The notes beneath the pieces were generated by a model that was not told the DNA's origin, did not search any database, and saw only the letters and a list, made by a program, of their open reading frames with translations. DNA of 64,000 nt from Amoebophrya sp. A120 (lineage: Eukaryota > Protista > Dinoflagellata). The translations under genes were made by a program, and so were the position numbers. The stretch spans positions 1,263,982-1,327,981 of the forward strand of contig CAJINV010000011.1 in assembly GCA_905178155.1 (NCBI GenBank), written 5' to 3'. This document shows positions 60,301 to 64,000 of the stretch, piece by piece. Positions within the stretch are counted from its first letter, which is position 1, and each line of letters opens with the position of its first letter.

Positions 60301-63300
60301 GTATCATGAGGAGGCCACAAGTGCTGGCTCAGCATGACAAGTTTCTGAGCTTCCAGGTGTTGCCTATTCTGCATGACAAACTGCGTTTCTGCATGACAGA
60401 AAAGTGGCGCTCTTGGGTAACATGCATGACAGATTTGAGAGTCATGCCAGACAAGCATGACAAACATGCACTCTTCCAGACCCAGACATTTTTACATTTG
60501 ATACGCTGTGGACGAAAACAATTACGACTACCAGGCGGAAGCACTGTTAGGCTTGTTTGTTTCATCTCTTTCATCTTCCAAACAAGATCATGGTAGTATT
60601 ACCAGTCGTGGTGCCAATATGGGATCGACCTTGACTTCTTCCTCCTCGTCACTCGCAGCTGAAATCCCCGCACCTGTATCGGACCAGCACGACCGTTCTG
60701 CTGAGGAAATGGACTTTTTCACCTACCTCCACGAACGGATCTACCAGGACGTTTACTACGACAGCGAGGGTGTATTGCAGCAACCGAGCCAGTTTTTCCC
60801 GGATCGCGCTATCACAATCAAGTCCCCCGGAGCGTTCGCCAAACTGAAATTTCAGGTACTACCAGCAGCAAGATTAAGATATAGATAAACCATTAGCGTC
60901 TGCTGAAACTAAAAGCACAGCACCAGCTGGTGCTGATGCTGAATTTGGGTCTTGATCGATTCATCTTTTTTCGCCTTGATGTAGATGTTCTCATTGCAGC
61001 TGAAAAAAAATTTTTACACAACAGATTGATCAAACCTGGTATTCCGTGAAAGCCAAGCGAGAGTTTGCGGTGTTGTTTCGCGGCGAATTCGCATGGGCAC
61101 GAGTTCAACATGATGGTGAACAAGATGGTGTCCTCACGACGTCGCGCGATCAGGAGGGCGCCGCACCCACCTTGGCACCCGCCCCCGGTTCACCTCCCGC
61201 CCCATTCCAGGTGGTGCCAGTGACACGGCGGGATATTCAGAAGGAGGAGGTTGGGAAGGAAACAGCGTCCGGGCCGTCGGCACAGCTGCAACTGCCCGGG
61301 GCGTCGATGACGTATATAGTGAGTTTCTCACATTTTTATTTGAATTGTTCTTCAATCCACAACAACCTGTGTAAATTGACATTGTCCTGACATGCAGCTT
61401 TCATCTTCGAGTTTGATGTGTTGAAAACAATGCATGATGCAAGAGGAGTAGAGCAGCGCTAAAAAGACGTACAACGCGTTCAATAATATCAGCGGCTCAT
61501 GGACTACCGCCGCAACGACGGCCGGGACGCAACCGCAGCACGGTACTTCTACCTTGGGACACAACGCCGTGATGACACCCTCTCTCGACGAGGTGGAAAC
61601 GGCGCAAGATGCTGGAACCGCACGTGAAGAAAATCCTGACCCCGCAGCCCTCATTCATCGCATTGATTCGTTCACGACTGACGCGAGCACGGTAACAAGG
61701 ACCACAGAGGAGTCGATCACGACTGGTTGGAACCAATATGTTCAAAATAACCGGTTCCACCATAACCATGCAGCGGCGAACGGGTCTGGCCCAGTGGCTA
61801 AAAAAGAAGAGGAGCCTGATCACACCGACAAGGAACTTCCTGCTCCGGACGCTGCGCTGCTCAAACAACAGAAGAGCGCTGACGTTGCAGTTGCGGATGT
61901 TGCGCACCACCACGACCACGCTGAAGTGGCGCAGCTACGAAATAAAGCAGTTTCTGCTAGTGCTACGGCTCCTCCCTCTCCGGCGCAACTGTGGTTAAAC
62001 GGACGACAGCCGTCGACGAGACATGCAGCGGGAAGAGATCATTCTGGCGCCGCTGCGCTTGGTGAACAACAAGGTGAGCATGTAGATGCTGGGTTGTCGT
62101 CTTTGCACCGCACGTGGTCGCGGCACCAGCAGGCCAGCCGTACGGGAGCTTCATCTTCTTCCTCTGCTGCTGCTGCTGCTGCATCACCGCCACCGGCAGC
62201 TATGCCATCGACGCATTTCTCTTTCGCTTTCGTCCCAAGTGAAGATCCGATGATGCCGAGTGCAGAGCGAATTTACGGGATGAGAATGGGTCCCGTTCCT
62301 CGTCAAGAACGACCTCAAGGTGGACAACATCTACATCTTCACACGACTCACTTCGTTGGAGATGAGCAAGGCCTTGGACATCACGAAGATTCTAGCGGAC
62401 ATGCTCCCGCCCTACGCACTGCAGAGCTGCTGGTACACGACCAAGTTGATCGGGAACATTTACATTATCCCAATGCTGACATGGTCATGGAAGAAATGCT
62501 TCCCTCGGGGGTCGTGCTGCCCAGCAGCGGCAACCAGGGCGGTGGACCCAACGAAGGAGGTTTTCTGCAGAAATCGAAATTTTCCCAGCGGGTTCGCAAG
62601 ACAAAACGGCAGAGGCTGCAAGAAGTGGGGCAGTTGAACAATAGCCAACAACATCGAGAAACAGGTCGGGGCGGAGCAGGTGGAAACGGTGCGTCGAGAG
62701 GTTCCGCTTCGGCCTCACCGCAAAGACACATTGATTTAGAACCGGAACGAGCCGTAGAGAAGCGGCGTTCCGGATCCGTCACGCCTGGTGCGGCAGCTCC
62801 ACTCGGTTCTTTCTCTTCAGGACACCACTTTGTTACGAATGCGTCTCAGCGGCTAATCGGTCAACTGAGTAGTTCCAGTGTGCAGGATAATTTTACGGAG
62901 CGCGGCACAGTAGATCAAGCAGAACAAGCCGTTTCTGGGCGGTCTTATTCCGAGGTGGGTCTGCGTGCACGCAGAGCAGCCAGGGCTGCTGATGAACAAA
63001 CTACTTCTACAAACGAACACAACGTCCCGATTTTAGAGCAGGTCTCTACACGGCAGTTCTTGGAAAGCGAGAATCCCAGCAGGCGGGTTTTTGATCTCCG
63101 AGACTTGGAGGGGCGGATTCTCAATACGGCGCAAACAGATGAAGCAGGAGTTGAAGAAGTTGTACCGCACGAGATGGGTGCAGCAGTAGATGAACGGTAT
63201 GATCAACATGGAGATCTTCATAGACGTGATGTTGCACTCGTTAACAATGTTGACAAAAATGATCGTCGCAAGAACTACGTCGCACAACTCCGCCGACGCC

Positions 63301-63428
63301 CTCATGACGGCAGCGCCCGAAGAGCTGCCCAGGTAGAACCGGCCCCGCCCACTTCAGGAAGCGTTTCCTCTGTGGGTGACACGACCGGTTTGGCCGGGAG
63401 GTCGTCCGGGAGCTTCGTTTTTCAATAA
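54367..63428 (+). CDS. Terminal uridylyltransferase / non-canonical poly(A) polymerase (Pol-beta nucleotidyltransferase, Cid1/Trf4-like), about 9 exons
   Basis: Exons 54367-54666, 54779-56418, 56579-57784, 57963-59197, 59342-60055, 60213-60251, 60509-60855, 61025-61311, 61493-63428, all in frame. FGSTLTGLGSLDADLDL matches hG[GS]x9-13DhD. Also RDFVILVKHWASKHGV (formed only after introner removal), GMCWTVVALDFL and ITIKSP. Confidence 0.8.
56419..56573. mobile_element. Introner family C (ends reversed relative to the 47661 copy)
   Basis: tatgaattgcaaaagtatcg ... cgatacttttgcacaggata. Perfect TSD tcctg. Confidence 0.93.
59198..59336. mobile_element. Introner family C
   Basis: Family C TIRs and TSD gaagc/gaaac. 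Removal gives LVK|HWASK. Confidence 0.92.
60056..60207. mobile_element. Introner family C
   Basis: Family C TIRs and degenerate TSD gcggt/aaggt. Also readable as the GT-AG intron 60054-60210. Confidence 0.85.
60252..60503. mobile_element. Introner family A
   Basis: Family A TIRs and perfect TSD cgctg. Removal gives YQVA|VDEN. Confidence 0.93.
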
Positions 63429-64000
63429 CGATGAGAAACGAGGTGAGCGCGAAACGAGGGCCAACCGGCGGATTGAACGATTGTATGATGTTCATGTTGA
63501 GAAAAACAAAAAGATAAAGAGGATAAAAATGGATTAGGATTTCCAGCTAAGGAAATGTGGATTTCCAGTACTTGTGCGCTTTGTTAGGATTACAAGCTAC
63601 AGCCAAAGCCTTTTTGAAATCGGATATACATAGAATAGCCATCTTAGAAAGTCAGGAAAGACAGACTCCCAGCACAAAGAAATAAAGCTGAAAAGACCAC
63701 AGTCTACTTCCGAATGAAACGAGCCAAAAACGAACCATAAAACTAACGGTCACGACTTTTTGTACTTAATTACCAGTTGATGTGGACGAGGTGCGGGTCC
63801 TCGTGCCACGTCGTTTGCCTCATGTTTTTTCTCCCTTAATTTTGGCCTCTTTAAAAACAACTACTTCTTCCACTCCGAACTTCTACGAACGATTTCTTTT
63901 CCGAAATACAAATGAAAGTGTAAGCACAGTGCTTATCATCTACATCATGTCTATCTGTACTTATCAACCTTTTTGGACTTTTATGTGATGCCCTGTAACA

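Noticed and set aside
5746-60503. Element lengths clustering near 140-160 and 220-270 bp as nucleosome-related
   Set aside because: There are too few copies and length is confounded with family. It cannot be supported from this window.
1-64000. rRNA, tRNA, spliced-leader relics or an autonomous transposase
   Set aside because: None recognised by eye. Covariance-model and HMM searches would be needed to exclude them.

Overview
Eukaryotic, gene-dense DNA in which every well-supported gene lies on the + strand. The low-complexity proteins and abundant non-canonical introns resemble the parasitic dinoflagellate Amoebophrya (Syndiniales); this is inferred from style, not from a search. Genes: TSR1, a Cys/His zinc-finger-like protein, a PAN-domain/FkbM-like methyltransferase, a glycosyltransferase-like protein, two large low-complexity proteins, a membrane protein, an FN3 protein, two tandem paralogues of a signal-peptide EEP (endonuclease/exonuclease/phosphatase) protein and a TUTase/non-canonical poly(A) polymerase. 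About 22 short terminal-inverted-repeat (TIR) elements (introners) from several families are present. Most have TAT...ATA ends and a 5-bp target-site duplication (TSD), occur in either orientation, and restore the reading frame when removed with one TSD copy. Two observations stand out. (1) In the first EEP paralogue a 1.5-kb internal coding block (38952-40452) is inverted between two family-A introners. Their TSDs are reciprocally swapped and all frames remain intact, which points to an introner-mediated intragenic inversion, possibly switchable, unless it is a mis-assembly. (2) Both EEP paralogues appear circularly permuted, with the SDH motif upstream of the WN/QE/HL/DxN motifs.
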